64,000 nt of DNA, taken from Mobula hypostoma (lineage: Eukaryota). The position numbers and the translations under genes are program-made. The DNA is taken from NCBI RefSeq assembly GCF_963921235.1, contig NC_086097.1:192946001-193010000 (forward strand). Reading direction: 5' to 3'. The notes below the pieces were generated by a model. The model did not search any database. It was not told the DNA's origin and was given only the letters and a program-made list of their open reading frames with translations. Positions within the stretch are counted from its first letter, which is position 1; every line of letters starts with the position of its first letter. Below are positions 24,281-38,205 of the stretch, one piece after another.

Positions 24281-24359
24281 CAAAGGAGTGCAGGGATCAC
24301 AGCCCTCTGGTAGCCCATGAGTGTTGTATCAGGTTTAATGCCTTTTCTAACAACAAGGC

Positions 24360-24980
24360 ACTTGCAATGTTGGCATTCATTTTGAGAGGACTAAAATATA
24401 AAAGCAAGGATGTAATGCTGAGGCTTTGAAAGCATTAGTCAGACTGTATATGGAGTACTATGAACAGTTTTGGGTCCCTTATCAGAGAAAGGATTCACTG
24501 ACGTTGGAAAGGGACTAGAAGAGGTTCAAGAGAATGATCCCTGAAAGTATAAAGAACATTTGGTGCTCTGGGCCTGAACTCACTGGTATTTAGAAGACTG
24601 AAGGAGGATCTTATTAAAACCTATCGAATATTCAAATGTAGACAGACTGGATGTGGAGAGAATGTTTCCAATAGTGGGAGTCTAAGACTAGGGGCCAAAG
24701 CCACAGAATACAAAGGAATCCCTTCAGAACAGAGATGAGGAGGAATTTATTTAGCCAAAGCGGGGGGAGGGGAGAAATCTGTTGATTTCATTACCACAGA
24801 CAGCTGTGGAAAACATAATCAATAGGTATATTTAAAGCGGAGGTTCTTGTTTTGAAGGGGCATAAAAGGTAACAAGGAGAAGGTAGAAGAATGAAGTTGA
24901 GAGGGATAATAAATCAGCCATGATCAAATAATGGAGTAGACTTGATGGGCTGAAGGGGCCAATTCTGCTTCTATGTTTTA
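24360..24980 (+). mobile_element. CR1 LINE 3' fragment
   Basis: AMLAFILRGLKYKSKDVMLRL motif through the CR1 3' end GGCCAATTCTGCTTCTATGTTTTAT. Confidence 0.85.
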
Positions 24981-26317
24981 TCCCTCATTCACTACCATTT
25001 CACCTCTTTCAGTGAACTGTGGGCTTGCTGCAAAATTGACTTTATTTTTGATACTTAACATCCCAACTAAACTAAAGCATGTATATAAAATATTTCACAA
25101 GGTAAATGCAGCCCACCAGCCTCATTTCTGCATAATAGATAATATACATGAATCACAAAACAATATTTATCCACCACATCACAATTCCATCTTCATGTTG
25201 TCTCACCACTGGACCATGCAATCAGAGTTACAAATGGAAAAAGACCAGTACAAGTTCACCATTGCATTCTTCGCTCTGTTGCCAAGACAACTTGCATCAC
25301 AACAGCTTTAAGGAATCATGACATTATCTCCAATCTTAGATAAATGATAAAGGGGTTCTGGCTTTTAACTGTGAAATGTTTTCTAGTTAAAGTGCATGAA
25401 TGATATTCTGTCAGTTGGATTGAAAGCAAGGGCTGGCTCATTTCTAATTGTGTCCTTGAACACATGGGGTTGCCCTATAATCAGCCTGTGGATTTGAGTG
25501 AAGTTAAGTAGTGCTTAGTTCCCTAAATATCCAGGGGAAAAGAATCCTATTGCAAGAGGATTTGGGCACAAGAGTTAAGATGTCTTACTAAAATTATATA
25601 GGGTCTTTTTGAGTAATGAACACAGCTTTGGTTTTATTTCCTAAGGATATTTTTGCACTCAAATGAGTGCAGCAATGATTCACAGGACTGGTTTCCAGAA
25701 TGGGTGTGTATCATATGAGGAGAGATCGAGTCAGCTTGGCCTCTGTTTCTCTAGAGTTTAAGATGAACAAGAGATGACCTTATTGAAACAAAAAAATTCT
25801 CCAAGTATTTGACAGGAAAATTAAGGGTAAGGTGTTTCTCCTGGCTGAGGTTTCTAGAATAAGATTTAGCAATTGCAATTCATGGCTTTACATTAAGTTT
25901 TGCTCTCTAGAATTTAATTTGTCACAAAACGGAAGAAATTCCTTTGGAACGAAGGAGGATTGAGGTTGTAATCCTATGAGAGGAGATAAAGCTGGTAAGA
26001 GAGAAAGGACTATGGATGCTCCAGATCTTTCCGATGTTGTGTTCTTGGGGGAACGGGGTGCTGTGGTTTCGGAGATTGAGCAGATGGAGATGATTTGAAT
26101 ATTTTACAATAAAATTTAGGATCCTATTCTGGTCATAACAATGCAAGCATCTGGTAAAATCTTCATCTACCTTTGTCAGATCTTGTGTAACCATAACAGC
26201 TCAAAAATGTCCACAAATAGTTTGCAAATTTATATTTTAGTGGAGTCAAGTGAAGAAGGACTTCTTGGCTCTCAGAATTATTGTGGGTCTCTACTAGTTT
26301 GGAGTCATTCTTTGGAG

Positions 26318-26512
26318 TCACAAGAAATTGAAGATGCTGGAATCTGGAACAAGTATCTGTTGGAAGTACTCAGCGAATCAAAAAGCATCTGTAGGAGGAT
26401 GGGAATTACCACTGTTTCAGGTCTGATATGCGGTTTCAACCCAAAATGTCGACAATTCCTTTCCTCCCTTAGATGCTGCTTGACCCACTAAGCTCCATCA
26501 ACAGATTGTTTG
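26318..26512. mobile_element. Mini Penelope-derived fold-back element
   Basis: GAAGATGCTGGAATCTGG...AGCATCTG left arm and AGATGCTGCTTGACCCACTAAGCTCC right arm around a degenerate hammerhead-like centre. Confidence 0.6.
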
Positions 26513-27705
26513 GATTCATTCATTGTCAGTTTTTCTTTCCCTTAAAAGATCCAACTCACCAATAGAGTGAGATAACTTTCACCAGACTTCACTGAGTAAG
26601 CCCCATTACCACTATGGGCCTCATCAGCTTCCTTCCAAGGTGCAACACATTGGATTTGGTTTTGACCTCATTAACACCATAAATAACCATCTCGGTTGCT
26701 CATTTTGCCCATGCCATGTTTCTCGTCACTTGAGCTTGTGATAGTTCAGTGGACTCCTGCTGCTTTAGTTGTATTATAATCAACAAACTTTCCCTCGTTG
26801 TCCGGTCTGTCTAAATTGTAATCATATTATCTTCCTATTCACTAGTTTCTGCACTAATTGCCATCGATTGTGATTTGGATGTAAATTGAACGGAAAGGTA
26901 TTAAAATCAATCATACTAAGATCATCTGAATGGATATATAAATCCTCAATAATGTCAGGACTCTACAGCAATGAATGTCAAATTATAGCAGTAATTCAAA
27001 TAGTATCACTTTTTTATGACAGCCTTTGAAAATGTGTTTTACTGGAGTGAAGATTTCTGCTGTGTTCATTAACATACTATGTTTTGTTTTAATAAATGGG
27101 AGAATAAATTATAGATTGTGCACTGTTATCAGACAGATTGATTATATATACTGTCTTCTTACAAATTCTATCTGACGAGAAGTCTAGCTTTCCTTCCTTC
27201 CTTTTTCGCTTTCATGCTTATTTACTCCACATGAGCCGTCACCCAACATATTAGATGTGCTAAACTATTTAACCTTCGATGACGTATCTAAATGTTTCAA
27301 TAACAGTCCTAAGGAGTGAAGACGTAAGCTGTAAAGGTTTCTAGCAGAGAGCATGATACATAGGCCACACTGTGTTGCAGTAATATCACTTGCAGTCAGA
27401 TTTTTTTAAATCAACTTGATTAAATAAAAGGTATTGAAATCCTTTCCCTTTCATTACTGGAAAAAAGGTTGATCCTACATGCAGCAGTTTTGCTAGTTAC
27501 AGGAATTGAGAGTCTGATTTTTTGGTATTTATTTGTTTCCTTCTTAGAAGGGTTAAAGGTCATAAACAGGTGTCCCTATCCTCAGTGAGAACTCTGAGGA
27601 TTATGACACATTTCATGCATCCACCTTAGGAATAGAGTCTCAAGAACATAAGCTTCACATCAGAGGTTGACAGAGGAAACTGGCTCAATTATACCGCAAC
27701 CACAG

Positions 27706-27797
27706 AGAATCAGAGTCAGGTTTTTCATCACTGGCATATGTCATGAAATTTGTTAGCTTAGCAGCAACGGTACAGTATACAAAAATAATGAATTATA

Positions 27798-27852
<55 letters not shown>

Positions 27853-28095
27853 TTTGTTAAATTAAAAATAGTGCAAAAACAGAAGTAATTAAAAAAAGGT
27901 GAGTTAGTCTTCATGGGTTTAATGTCCATTTAGAAATCAGATGGTAGAGGGTAAGAAGCTGTTCTTGAATCATTGAGTCTGTGCCTTTAGGCTTCTGTAC
28001 CTGCTTCCTGACAGTTACAATGAGAAGAGGGCATCCTCTCGGTGATGGGGTCCTTAATAATGGACACCACCTTTCTGAGGCACTGCTCCTTGAAA
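27706..28095 (-). mobile_element. Rex1/Babar-like LINE 3' end
   Basis: Same 3' end as 48459-49510 (AGAATCAGAGTCAGGTTT...CATGAAATTTGTTA...AAGCTGTTCTTGAATCATTGAG). Confidence 0.75.
27801..27849. repeat. (TA)n microsatellite, about 24 units
   Basis: Read directly from the sequence. Confidence 0.97.
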
Positions 28096-28422
28096 GAGAA
28101 GGGTCAGATCACCCTGGCAAATGAGAAAAAAAATCATAGGCAACTTAGCTTTTAAGACTTAAGGAACTTCCAGTTGCTTACATGTGTAAAATGGGGCAAC
28201 TTGCACCCCATTGTCTCTGATTCACAATAGTGGCTTTGTTTACCAGAGAAGGTGACTTTGTCTTTTCCCTTTAAGGCAACATACACTGGAGACATTGCTA
28301 ACATTCCCAGCTTTCCATGAAGTTATAGACTACACACTCTTCACTTCCTGTGCACCTCATCAGAGCCAAGATCTTCATCGAATTTAGTTGGTGGGAGGTT
28401 GTTCGTAGTCTTCTGGGGACAT

Positions 28423-30515
28423 AGATTCAAGATTCAGAAAACTTTATTGTCATTCTAACCGTACATCAGCTCTGCAGGGCAGAATGAGACAGCGTTTCCC
28501 AGGAGCATTGCAATCATAACATAACAAAACGCAACACTAAATAATAAACATAACAATAAATAGTAAAACACAACAGCCACATGTCAGTTAAAATCAAGTT
28601 ATAAGAGTCCAGTGCAAGTTAGAAGTGTCAAAAGCAGAGTCAGGTCGAGCAGCTATTTAGCAGTCTGACTGCCTATGGGAGGAAGTTGTTTAGTAGCCTT
28701 GTGGTTTTAGTTTTGATGCTCCTGTAATGTTTGCCTGATGGCAGAAGAACAAACAGTTCATGGAGAGGGTGTGAGGGGTCTTTAATGATGTACCGTGTCT
28801 TCTGGAGGCATCGACTCTGAAAGAAGTCTTGGACAGAAGGTAGGGAGACCCCAGTAACCTTCTCTGCTCCCCTAACCACCCTCTGCAATGCTTTTTTGTC
28901 AACAGCACTGCAGCTGGAGTATCAGGTTGTGATGCAAAAGGTCAGCACACTCTCAACCACGCCTCTGTAGAATGTAGTTAAGATGTTAGTGGGGAGTGAT
29001 GCTTGTTTAAGCTTCCTCAAAAAGTGCAGTCTCTTCTGGGCCCATTTCACAATCCCAGTTGTGTTCCTGGACCAAGTGAGATTGTCCGAGATCTGCACCC
29101 CAAGGAACTTGATGTTTTCCACTCTTTCCGCTGTGGAGCCGCTGATGCTGAGGGGTGTGTGCTCAGGCCGAGACGGTCTGAAATCGATGATCATCTCCTT
29201 GCTTTTGGTGACATTACGCATCAAGTTGTTATCCCTGCACCAGCTCTCTAGGTGTTTGACCTCCTCCCTGTACATAGTTTCATCATTTTTGCTGATGAGC
29301 CCCACCACTGTGGTATCATCAGCAAATTTAATGATCAGGTTCTCCTTGGCTGCACTGTCATGTGTTAGCAGTGTAAACAGCAATGGGCTAAGCACACAGC
29401 CTTGTGGGGATCCAGTGCTCAGTGTGATGGAGTCAGAGATGTTCCTGCCAACACGGACTGACTGTGGTCTCTCTGTCAAGAAATCCAGAATCCAGCGACA
29501 CATGGCAGTGCTAAGGCTAAGCAGCGACAGTTTCTCCACTAGTCTCTGCGGGATGATGGTATTGAATGCTGAACTGAAATCAATGTCCAGGATTCTGGCA
29601 TAAGTATCTTTGTTGTCCAAGTGAGAGAGAACTGTGTGCAGTGTGGTGGATATTGTGCCCTCCGTAGAGCGATTTGGACGATAAGTAAACTGTAGAGGTT
29701 CCAGTGATGAGGGGAGGCTGGCTGTGATATGAGGCTTGACAAGCCGTTCAAAACATTTCATCACTATGGGGGTCAGGGCAAGGGGTCGGTAATCATTCGG
29801 ACAGGCTACAACTGATTTCTTTGCTACAGGGATGATTGTGGAGGCTTTGAAGCATCTGGGGACAATGGCTTGACTAAGGGAGATGTTGAAAATGTCTGTC
29901 AGGACATCTGCTAATACATCAGCACATTCCTTGAGCACACATCCAGGGATGTTGTCGGGACCTCCGGCTTTCCGTGGGTTGACCCTGGCAAGGGTCCTCT
30001 GTGTTTGCTCAGGATCAATGATTGGAGAAAGCTGGCCAGATGGTAAAAAGGGACTGGTTGTCCCCCTTGTTGTAGTGTTTGATGCTTCGAAGCGTGCAAA
30101 GAAATTGTTCAGCCTGTCTGGTAGAGAGGCATCGCTGTCATCAGTTTTCTGCCTGATCTTGTAGTCTGTCAGAGCTTTAATTCCCTGCCACATCCGTCTG
30201 GTGTCACCTGTGTCACAGAAGTGTCCATATATTTTGCCCACGTAGGCCCTTTTCGCTTTCCTGATCCCTAGTGAAAGCGCAGACCTGGCTGAGCAAAGCG
30301 CACTCCTGTCCCCCGATCTGTAGGCTGTGTCATGGGCCTTCAGTAGTGAACGCACCTCTGTTGTCATCCATGGCTTTTTATAACCACGTGCGGTGAAGGT
30401 TTTCACCAAAGTGACATCCTCCATGCATTTGGCTATGTAGCTGGTTACTGCCTCCGCATACTCCTCAATGGTCATCATAGGAGGCTGCTGTTTTGAATAT
30501 ATCCCAGTCTGTGTG
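28423..30515 (-). mobile_element. Rex1/Babar-clade LINE, 5'-truncated, with a long open RT frame
   Basis: ORF 28922-30598 has [45 protein letters not shown] and [13 protein letters not shown]. The C-terminus continues in 28673-28888 and the tail lies at 28423-28450. Confidence 0.93.
28673..30515 (-). pseudogene. Reverse transcriptase region of the Rex1-like LINE
   Basis: Complete set of RT motifs including FADD. Endonuclease is absent (5' truncation) and there is a stop at 28922. Confidence 0.9.
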
Positions 30516-31128
30516 GAAAAAACAGTCTTGTAGTGCTGAGGCTGCTCCTTTTGGCCAGACCTGTTTAATAGGTAACCCAATGACAACCATTTACCCACTC
30601 CAACAACAATGCACAGTAGCAGCAGTTTGTACTAACCACACGAATCACAGCACCAACTTACCAAGACTCCTGAGACAACATCCCCCAGACTCACATCTTC
30701 AACCAGCTGGAAGAACAGGGCAGCAAAGGACTGAAGGTGTTATATATGAATCCATGCAGTGTACGGAATAAGGTAGATGATCTTGTAGCGCAGTTAGAGA
30801 GTGGTAGGTATGATGTTGTGAGCGTTTCCAAGTCATGGCTAAAAGAAGATCATAATTGGGAGCTTAACATTCACGGAGACACATTGGACAGGCAGGTAGG
30901 CAGAGGGAGTGGGGTGGCTCTGATGGATAAAGATGCAATCAAATCCTTGGAAAGAGGTGACATAGGATCGGAAGATGTAGATCCTTGTGGGTAAAACTAA
31001 GGAACTGCAAGGGTAAAAAGACCCTGTTGGGAATTATATACAGGCATCAAACAGTATCCAGGATGTGGGCTACAAATTACAACAGGACATAGAAAATGCA
31101 TGTAGAAAGAGCAATGCTGCGATAATCA

Positions 31129-31365
31129 CAAACAAGAGAAAATCTGTTGATGCTGGAAATTCAAGCAACACACACAAGATGCTGAAGGAACTTAGCAGGC
31201 CAGGCAACATCTGTGGAAAAGAGTACAATTAATGTTTTGGGCCGAGACCCTTTTCCCCCTCTCCTAAGAAAGGGATAAAGAGTCCTACTAAGTGGCCCAA
31301 AATGCCAGCTGTATTCATTTCCAAAAAATGCTGCCTGGCCTGCTGAGTTCCTTTTGCATTGAGTA
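31129..31365. mobile_element. Mini Penelope-derived fold-back element inside a CR1
   Basis: Inverted arms; flanking direct repeat TGCTGCGATAATCA / TACTGTGATAATCA ending at 31128 and 31379. Confidence 0.7.
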
Positions 31366-33376
31366 TACTGTGATAATCAATGGGGATTTCAATATGTAGG
31401 TAAATTGAGAAAATTTGGTTGGTGCTGGATTCCAAGAGGGAAAATTTGTAGAATGCGTATGCAATCGTTTTTTAGAGCAGCTTGTGACTTAGCCCGCTCG
31501 GTGAACAACGATTCTTGATTGTGTGTTATGTAATGACCCAGATTTGATTAGGGAGCTTAAGGTAAAAGAAACCTTAAGAGGCAGTGATCATCATATGATA
31601 TAATTCACCCTGCAGTTTAAGAAGGAGAAACTAAAATCAGATGTACTCCATCTTACAGTGGAGTAAAGGCAATTACAGAGGCATGAGAGAGGCACTGGCT
31701 GAAGTTGGTTGGAAGGTGATACTAGCAGGGATAACAGCAGAACAGCAATGGTTAGAGTTCATGGGGAAATCCAGAAGGAGCAGGAAACATATATCCCAAA
31801 AAATGATGAAGTATCCTAAAATGAGGATGAGGGAAGCATGGCTGACAAGGGAAGTCAAAAAAATTCATATAAACAAATGAGAGGGCACATAATTGAGCAA
31901 AATTTGATGGTAGAGGATTGGGAAGGTTTTAAAAAACAACAAACAGAAGACAAGTGAAAAAGTCATAAGGAGAGAAAAGATGAAATATGAAAGTAAGATA
32001 GCCAATAATAAAAAAGAAGACCTCAAGTTTTTTTCACATATATAAAGAGTAAAAGAGAGATGAAAGTAGATATTGGACTGCAGAGGTAGTAATGGGGGGA
32101 AAAGAAATGGCAGAGCAACTTAAAAGTATTTTGGACCAGCCTTCACTGTGGAAGACACTAACAGAATTCCAGAAATGTGAGACTGTCAGGGGGCAGTAGT
32201 GAGTGTAGTTGCTATTGCTGAGGAGAAGGTGCTTGGGAAGCTGAAAAGTTTGAAGTCACCTGGACCAGATGGACTACACCCCAGGATTCTGAAAGTGGTA
32301 GCTGAAGAGACTGTGAGCATGGTTTTCTCAAGGGGCAATCTTGCCTGACAACTCTATTGGAATTCTTTGAGGAAATATCAGACAGGGTAGACAAAGGAGC
32401 GTCAATGGATGTTATTTATTTGAATTTTCAGAAGGCCTTTGACAAGATGCCACACATAAGGCTACTTAATAAAATTGTGGAAAAGGTACTGGAATGGATA
32501 GAATAATGGCTGTCTGGCAGGTGGCAAAGAGTGGCTTTTTCTAGTGGCTGCCGGTGACTAGAGGTGTTCCACAGGGTCAGTATTGGGGCCACTTCATTTC
32601 CCATTGTATGCCAATGATTTGGATGAAGGTATTGATGGGTTTGTGGCCAAGTTTGAAGACAATACAAAGATAGATGGAAGAGCATGTAGTGTTGAAGAAG
32701 CAGACGGACTTAGACAGATTGGGGAATGGGCAAGGTAATGACTAATGGAATATAATGTAGGGAAGAGCATGGTCATACACTTTGGCAGAAAGAATAGAAG
32801 AATGGACTATTTTGCAAATGGGGAGAAAACTTAAAAAATCAGAAGTGCAGAGAGGCTTGAAAGTCCTCATGCAGTATTCTCAAGAGTTTAATTTGCAGGT
32901 TGATTCAGTGGCAAGGAAAGCAAATACAATGTTAGCATTCAGTTTGAGAAGATTAGAATTCAAAAGTAACAATGTAATGCTGAGGCTTTACAAGGCATTG
33001 GTCAGACTCTGCTTGGAGTATCGTGAGCAGTTTGGGGCTCCTCATCAAAGAGAGGTTGTGCCCGCATTGGAGGGGATCCAGCAGAGGTTCACGAGAATGG
33101 TCCCAGGAATGCAAGGCTTAACAAATGAGGAGTGTTTGAGGACTCTGTGCCTGTACTCGTTGGAGTTTAGAAGAATAACAAGGATCTCATTGAAAGCTAT
33201 CGAATATTGAAAGATCTGGATAGAGTGGATGTGGAGAGGATGTTTCCTATTGTGGGAGAGTCCAGGACCAGAAAGCATAGCCTCAGAACTGAGGGACATC
33301 CACTTAGAACAGGGATGAAGAAAAATTTCTTTATCAAAATTTCTTTATCATAAATTTCTTTATCCAAAGCATGGTG

Positions 33377-35420
33377 TTCTGCATAGATATATTCCAATGA
33401 GGCTGGGAAAGGATGGCAGGGTAAAGGAATCGTGGTGTACAAAGGCTGTCGTAAATCTAGTCAAGAAGAATAGAAAAGCTTACGATAGGTTCAGAAAACT
33501 AGGTAATGATAGAGATCTAGAAAATTATAAGACTAACTGGAAGGAGCTTAAGAATGAAATTTGGAGAGCTAGAAGGGGCCATGAGCTGGCCTTGGTGAGC
33601 AGGATTAAGGAAAACCCCCAGGCATTCTACAAGTATGTTAAGTGCAAGGGGATAAGACGTGAGAGAATAAGACCAATCAAGTGTGACAGTGGAAGAGTGT
33701 GTATGGAACTGGAGGATATAGCAGAGGTACTTAATGAATACTTTGCTTCAGTATTCACTACGGAAAAGGATCTTGGCGATTGTAGGGATGGCTTGAAGTG
33801 GACTGAAAAGCTTGAGCATGTAGATATTAAGAAAAAGAATGTTCTGGAGCTCTTAGAAAGCATCAAGTCGGATAAGTCACCAGGACCAGATGAGATATAC
33901 TCCAGGCTACTGTGGAAAGTGAGGGAGGAGATTGCTGATCCTCTGGCAATGACCTTTGCCACATCAATGGGGACAGGAGAGGTTCCGGAGGATTGGAGGG
34001 TGCAGATGTTGTTCCCTTATTCAAGAAAGGGAGTAGAGATAGCCCAGGAAATTATAGACCAGTGAGTCTTACTTCAGTGGTTGGTAAGTTGATGGAAAAG
34101 GTCCTGAGAGGCAGGATTTATGAACATTTGGAGAGGCATAATATGATTAGGAATAGTCAACATGGCTTTGTCAAAGGCAGGTCGTGCCTTATGAGCCTAA
34201 ATGAATTTTTTGAGGATGTGACTAAACACATTAATGAAAGTAGAGCAGTAGATGTAGTGTATATGAATTTTAGCAAGGCATTTGATAAGGTACCCCATGC
34301 AAGGCTCATTGAGAAAGTAAGGATGCATGGAATCCAAGGGGACCTTGTTTTGTGGATCCAGAATTAGCTTGCCCACAGAAGGCAAAGAATGGTTATAGAG
34401 GGGCTATATTCTGCATGGAGGTTGGTGACCAGCAGTGTGCCTCAGAGATCTGTTCTGGGACCTCTTCATGATTTTTATAAATGACCTGGATGAGGAAGTG
34501 GAGGGATGGGTAAGTAACTTTGCTGATGACACAAAGGTTGGGGGTGTTGTGGATAGTGTGGAGGGCTATCAGAGGTTACAGCGGGACATTGACAGGATGC
34601 AATACTGGGCTGAGAAGTGGCAGATGGAGTTCAACCCAGGTAAGTGTGAGGTGGTTCGTTTTGATAGGTCAAATATGATGGCAAAATATAGTATCAATGG
34701 TAAGACTCTTGGCAGTGTGGTGGATCAGAGGGATCTTGAGGTCTGTGTCCATAGGACACTCTAAGCTGCTACGCAGGTTGACTGTCTGGTTAAGAAGGTA
34801 TATGGTGCATTGGCCTTCATCAACCGTGGGATTGAGTTCAAGATCCGAGAGGTAATGTTACAGCTACATAGGGCCCTGGTCAGACCCCACTTGGAGTACT
34901 GTGCTCAGTTCTGGTCACCTCAATACAGGAAGGATGTGGAAACAATAGAAAGGGTGCAGAGGAGATTTACAAGGATGTTGCCCAGTTTGGGGAGCATGTT
35001 TTATGTGAATAGGTTGAGTGAATTTGGCTTTTTCTCCTTGGAGCAACGGAGGATGAGAGGTGACCTGATAGAGGTGTATAAGATGATGGGAGGCATTGAT
35101 CGTGTGGATAGTCAGAGGCTTTTTCCCAGGGCTGAAATGGTTAACACAAGAGGGCTCAGTTTTAAGGTGCTTGGAAGTAGGTACAGAGGGGGTGTCAGGG
35201 GTAAGTTTTTTACGCAGAGAGTGGTGAGCGTGTGGAATGGGCTGTGGTGGAGGCGGATACAATAAGGTTTTTTAAGAGACTCCCGGACAGGTACATGGAG
35301 CTTAGAAAAATAGAGGGCTATGGGTAACCGTAGGTAATTTCTAAAGTAAGTTCACGTTCGGCACAGCATTGTGAGCTGAAGGGCCTGAATTTTGCTGTAG
35401 GTTTTCTATGATTCTATGTT
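33377..35420 (+). mobile_element. Younger CR1 LINE (5'-truncated) nested in an older CR1
   Basis: Long frames with KSPGPDEIY, GNYRPVSLTSVVGKLME, FSKAFDKVPH, FADDTKVGG and LVRPHLEYCAQFWSP; tail TTCTATGATTCTATG at 35404-35420. Confidence 0.93.
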
Positions 35421-37674
35421 TATGGAATTCTTTGCCACAGGTGACTGCGTAGGCCAGTATTTAAGGTGGAGGTTGATAGGTTCTTGATTATTCAGGGCAT
35501 CAAAGGTTATAGGGAGAAAGCAGGAGGATAGCATTGAGAGGTGTAATAAGTCAGCCATGATGGAATAGCGGAGCAGAGTCGATAGGCGGAATGGCCTAAA
35601 TCTGCTCCTCAGTTTCATGGTCTAATAGCGTTAAAAGCAGGTAACACCGTCACTTGGGAATTACTCTCCTTGACATGGAAATGTATCACTGGTTCAAAAC
35701 AAGGAGCTCCCTCTCTAACAGCATTGTGGACATACCACACCTCAAGGACTACTGTGGTTATAGAAGGCAGCTGGACACCAACTTCTCCCAGGCAAGCTGG
35801 GATAGGCAATTGAACACTTGCTCAACCTGTGCCCACTTCCAATGAAGGAATTTAAAAATAGACAACCACGGATGTTCGGAGAGCAGGCATGAAGATGTTT
35901 CACTCAGGCAACACACAATAGCTTGATTTTTACTCCAAATGATTGTGTGCTCACAGAGGCTAACTGCCAGAGGCACAAAAATGACATCACTGTTTCATTC
36001 TAGAGCTACAACGAAGTGGGTGAGTACCGGAAGCCACATTACTGCACAGCTCAGAGCGTACAACAGATGTCCTGAAAAGATTGTTTCAATTAGGTCTGGA
36101 ACTACTTTCAATTGTACTTCAGAAATAGGCTTCAGGCTGTTGATGACAGAGTCTGGAAGTAAAAGAGGTCCAGCCATAACTACTAACTGTGATGAATGGA
36201 GGGACAAGGAAATGGTAGAGTAGTAATTTGGAAGACTACCCTTCTACCCCTTTCTACCTTGCTGACAAGAAGTGCTTCACTCTTGGAATGTTACCGCTGC
36301 AGGAAAGTACAACAGAGTGTGTGGCTAAGTGCTTGGGTCATTTGCCTTCAGTGAGTGACGAGCTAATAATATGAGGAAACTCTGCAATAACATGTCAAAA
36401 TAATGTTACAATAACATTAAGATGTGATACATAGTGGAGATCGTTGTAATGTGAGCAAATAGTGTGCTTGCAGGAGCAATGAATAAGGCCAGGAGGAATT
36501 CTGGAAAAAAATATGATGGACCTGTTGTCCTCTTCCAGAATGACGAATTAGTCTAGTGATATTCACTGACATCGATCAGTAATGTGAACATCTTCCTACT
36601 CTGAGCCCAGGTTCTAGAGAATTGATTCCTGATGTTCACTTTCATACACTGACACAATAATGTGATATGATGGCTTCTGATATATGTAGAAACATCTGAC
36701 CATCTCTCCATCTTGCTTGTCAAAGTTCCAAAGGTAATATTGATGAAACAGGGATTCACATTTTTCATGGTCTGACATCTGCTCCTGCTATGCAACGACT
36801 TCCAGCACAGTTTGCAGCCACTTCTTTGCTGGCTAGGTCCAACAGGTGCAAACCAATCCAGACAATGAGCCGCACTTCTCAGTAGTAAGCACACACCAAA
36901 ATTCTAATTAATTATGACTTCTTGCTACATCATGGTGACTAAAAGTGTGGGAATGAATAACATACATGCTGAATGCACAGAGGGAGCTTTGCATCTTTTC
37001 TATGGCACTACAATCTAACATCTAAAATGTACAGATGCAGTAGAATTCCAAAGCTTTCTGGTTCACCTCCTCGCAGAAACACACCATCCTAGCCAGAAAT
37101 TTAAGAGGGCTACCTGGGTTATGAAAGATGACTTATGGAAAAATTAGACTTTTGCATTTTTCAAACTAGTAATAATAATAATAATAATAGAATAATTATT
37201 TAATAAGTATTATAATTTAGTCATAATAAATGTAATAATACAATATTTTATCCATAATGAATGGATACAATGATTAATAGTGGGTAATGTTACAGCAATG
37301 ATTCAATGAAGTATGCAGAGCGAAATGATATGGGTAGCTATGGATATAAAATATTTCTGACTTACAGAGAAATTAGTTTATGGGCAGTTCATAAGGATAG
37401 AACTCTGTATAGCTGAAATCATCTTTCACTGTTGTAGAGTCAAAAGTAACAAACTCCAGCATGTGGACCCGAGTGGGCAAGTGGCGTATAATATCACACT
37501 GCAAAAAATTCAGGCAATGACTATCTTCACCATGAGTCCAAACACTCAACCCTAGACACAAATTGACCTTACAATTATGGGCTCACCTTGAGGTGTGACA
37601 CCTTATTCTGACCTCAGACATTCAATTGGACAAATACATCGATTGTGTAATTAGATGCTGAGTTTTCTGACATA

Positions 37675-38205
37675 AGTGATTCACCTCCTGAAACCCCAGA
37701 AGCAGGCCAGATGTCAAGGAAATGGTGGAATATTTTTCACTTGCCTGCATGAGATAGTCCCCTCAACACTCAATAAGCTGAAGACTATGCTTGATAAAAC
37801 TACCCTCTACATTGTCATGACAACCACCATCCTAAATCTTCATTCCTTCCACCACTGGCACATAGTAGTTGCAGTTTACACCATCTACAAGATGCACAGT
37901 AGTTATTCATCTCGGCATTTCTGGGAGCTTTTTCCAAACCTACATCTATCATAAAGAATGACAGATGCATCAGAAATATAAAAATTCCACCATCTACTTA
38001 TTCCACTCCAAGCTGCACACTGTTCTAACTTGGAAATATAGCAATGGTCCTTTATTATTGCTTTTATCTAATTCCTAAATCTCCCTATCCAATACTATTA
38101 TAGGGTATCTGCATCAGAAGGACATCAATGATTCAAAAAGGTGGCTCACCATCATCTTCTTAAGGACAATGATAAATTTTGAATAAATGCTAGCCTTACT
38201 AACAA
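37675..38205 (+). mobile_element. Old CR1/L2-group LINE 3' fragment (related short piece at about 35655-35845)
   Basis: NLHSFHHWHIVVAVYTIYKMHSS motif; 3' sequence AACTCCCT...ATTGTG...GGTTCAAGAAGG..GCTCACCA-like shared with 35655-35845. Confidence 0.55.

Larger units (their letters stand above)
30730..35625 (+). mobile_element. Near full-length CR1 ORF2 remnant (endonuclease plus RT); 3' end displaced to 35421-35625 by a nested CR1
   Basis: AP-endonuclease start LYMNPCSVRNKVDDL...SWL, DHHMI and SPGPDGLHPRILK, then KANTMLAF...LYKALVR. Sequence breaks at about 33376 and resumes at about 35421 (TGGAATTCTTTGCCACAG). Confidence 0.85.

Noticed and set aside
28983..30164. Plus-strand ORFs of 206 and 93 aa (and similar ORFs at 33627, 41812, 49139)
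   Set aside because: They are antisense shadows of LINE RT frames.
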